Of a stretch of 64,000 bases of DNA, positions 62,074 through 64,000 are shown one piece after another. Position 1 is the first letter of the stretch; every line of letters starts with the position of its first letter. A program made the translations under genes and the position numbers. The notes beneath the pieces were generated by a model, which saw only the letters and a list, made by a program, of their open reading frames with translations, was not told the origin of the DNA and ran no database searches. This DNA comes from Lingula anatina (lineage: Eukaryota > Animalia > Brachiopoda). Location: assembly GCA_051362555.1 (NCBI GenBank), contig CM120647.1, positions 18,576,651-18,640,650 on the forward strand. Reading direction: 5' to 3'.

Positions 62074-64000
62074 AACACCCTCCACCTGGACATCAAAGTG
62101 TTCTGACCTACCTTGTTGTCCAGAAAACACTACAACATAAGGTGCCATGAGTGCTCACCAATTCCCAATGGACCCATCCCAATCCCCATCATTGGACCCA
62201 TCCCAATCCCCATCATTGGACCCATCCCAATCCCCATCATTGGACCCATCCCAATCCCCATCATTGGACCCATCCCAATCCCCATCTGGTTGTTTGACAC
62301 CCTCCACCTGGACATCAAGGTGTTCTGACCTACCTTATTGTCCAGAAAACACTACAATGAGAGGAGTCATGAGTGCTCACCAGTTTCTATTGTTCCCATA
62401 CCAATCCCCATCTGGTTGTTTGACACCCTCCACCTGGACATCAAGGTGTTCTGACCTACCTTGTTGTCCAGAAAACACTTCAATGTAAGGTTCCATGAGT
62501 GCTCACCAGTTTCTATTGGACACATTCCAATCGCTATCTGGTTGTTTGACACCCTCCACCTGGAAAACAAGGTGTTCTGACCTACATTATTGTCCAGAAA
62601 ACACTACAATGTAAGGTGCCATGAGTGCTCACCAGTTTCTATTGGACACATTCCAATCCCTATCTACTTGTTTGACATCTTCCACCTGGAAAACAAGGTG
62701 TTCTCACCTACCTTGTTGTCCAGAAAACACTACAACAGAAGGTGCCATGAGTGCTCACCAGTTTCTATTGAACCCATCCCAATCCCCATCTGGTTGTTTG
62801 ACACCCTCTACCTAGACATCAAGGTGTTCTCACCTACCTTGTTGTCCAGAAAACACTACAATGAGAGGTGTCATGAGTGCTCACCAGTTTGTATTGGACC
62901 AATCCCAATCCCCATCTGGTTGTTTGACACCTTACACCTGGAGAACAAGGTGTACTGAACTACCTTGCAGACCAGAAAACACTACAATAAGATGTGCCAT
63001 GAGTGCTCACCAGTTTCTATTGGACCCATCCCAATGCCCATTTGGTTGTTTGACACCCTCTACCTAGACATCAAGGTGTTCTGACCCACCTTGTTGTTCA
63101 GAAAACACTACAACAGAAGGTGCCATGAGTGCTCACCAGTTTCTATTGAACCCATCCCAATCCCCATTTGGTTGTTTGACACCCTCCACCTAGACATCAA
63201 GGTGTTCGGACCTATCTTGTTGTGCGGAAAACTACACCAGGAAGTGCCATGAGTGCTCACCAGTCTCTATTGGACCCATCCCAATCCCCATTTGGTTGTT
63301 TGACACCCTCCACCTGGATGCCAAGGTGTTCCGATCTACCTTGTTCTCCAGAAAACACTACAACAGAAGGTGCCATGAGTGCTCACCAGTTTCTATTGGA
63401 CCCATCCCATACCCTATCATTAGACCCATCCCAATCCCCATCTGGTTGTTTGACATCCTCCACCTGGACATCAAGTTGTTCTGACCTACCTTGTTGTCCA
63501 GAAAACACTACAATGAGAGGTGTCATGAGTGCTCACCAGTTTCTATTGAACCCATCCCAATCCCCATTTGGTTGTTTGACACCCTCCATCTGGACATCAA
63601 GGTGTTCTGACCTACCTTGTTGTCCAGAAAACACTACAACAGAAGGTGTCATGAGTGCTCACCAGTTTCTATTGAACCCATCCCAATCCCCATCTGGTTG
63701 TTTGACACCCTCCACCTGGATGCCAAGGTGTTCCGATCTACCTTGTTGTCCAGAAAACACTACAACAAAAGGTGCCATGAGTGCTTACCAGTTTCTATTG
63801 GACCCATCCCAATCCCCATTTGGTTGTTTGACACCCTCTACCTAGACATCAAGGTGTTCTGACCTACCTTGTTGTCCAGAAAACACTACAATGTAAGGTG
63901 CCATGAGTGCTCACCAGTTTCTATTGGACCAATCCCAATCCCCATTTGGTTGTTTGACACCCTCTACCTAGACATCAAGGTGTTCTAACCTACCTTGTTG
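62074..64000. repeat. 126-bp tandem array (about 14.5 units, runs off window) with nested 24-bp subrepeat
   Basis: GACAC anchor recurs at 62296, 62422, 62548, 62674, 62800, 62926, 63052, 63178, 63302, 63452, 63578, 63704, 63830, 63956; 24-bp GGACCCATCCCAATCCCCATCATT about x5 at 62170-62285 and one extra near 63400. Confidence 0.95.

Noticed and set aside
62074-64000. CRISPR-like array, or selenoprotein (one TGA per unit in some frames)
   Set aside because: Units are homologous along their whole length with no unique spacers; TGA varies to TCA/CGA/GGA/TAA rather than Cys codons; one unit is frameshifted; no SECIS recognised.

Overview
AT-rich, intron-rich animal genomic DNA, probably a lophotrochozoan such as a mollusc (taxon inferred, not proven). 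It holds four complete multi-exon protein genes, each assembled by hand into an open frame with GT-AG introns. (1) Lipin/PAP1 phosphatidate phosphatase (+, 5368-13305, 16 coding exons, 956 aa). (2) HMG-CoA lyase (-, 23839-19022, 10 exons, 334 aa), with an N-terminal mitochondrial presequence and a C-terminal SHL PTS1. (3) An armadillo-repeat protein collinear end-to-end with fungal Vac8 (-, 41236-27743, 10 exons, 581 aa). (4) An RS/RG-rich BCLAF1/THRAP3-like protein with a split Btz/SELOR-like motif (+, 52446-59326, 13 exons, 599 aa), apparently head-to-head with the Vac8-like gene. A tRNA-Trp(CCA) lies between the convergent lipin and HMGCL 3' ends. Non-coding DNA carries several MITE families (a 215-bp TWA-target family in two end-swapped isomers, a 309-bp fold-back, two 8-bp-TSD MITEs), a duplicated hairpin-bearing element in HMGCL intron 1, two CCAAT-box arrays, and 51-bp and 126-bp tandem arrays. 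The strongest leads are the animal Vac8 orthologue beside lipin, the flip/flop MITE isomers, the fixed-spacing CCAAT-N10-GTTACA array and the invertebrate BCLAF1/THRAP3-like gene. No CRISPR, rRNA or autonomous transposon is evident.
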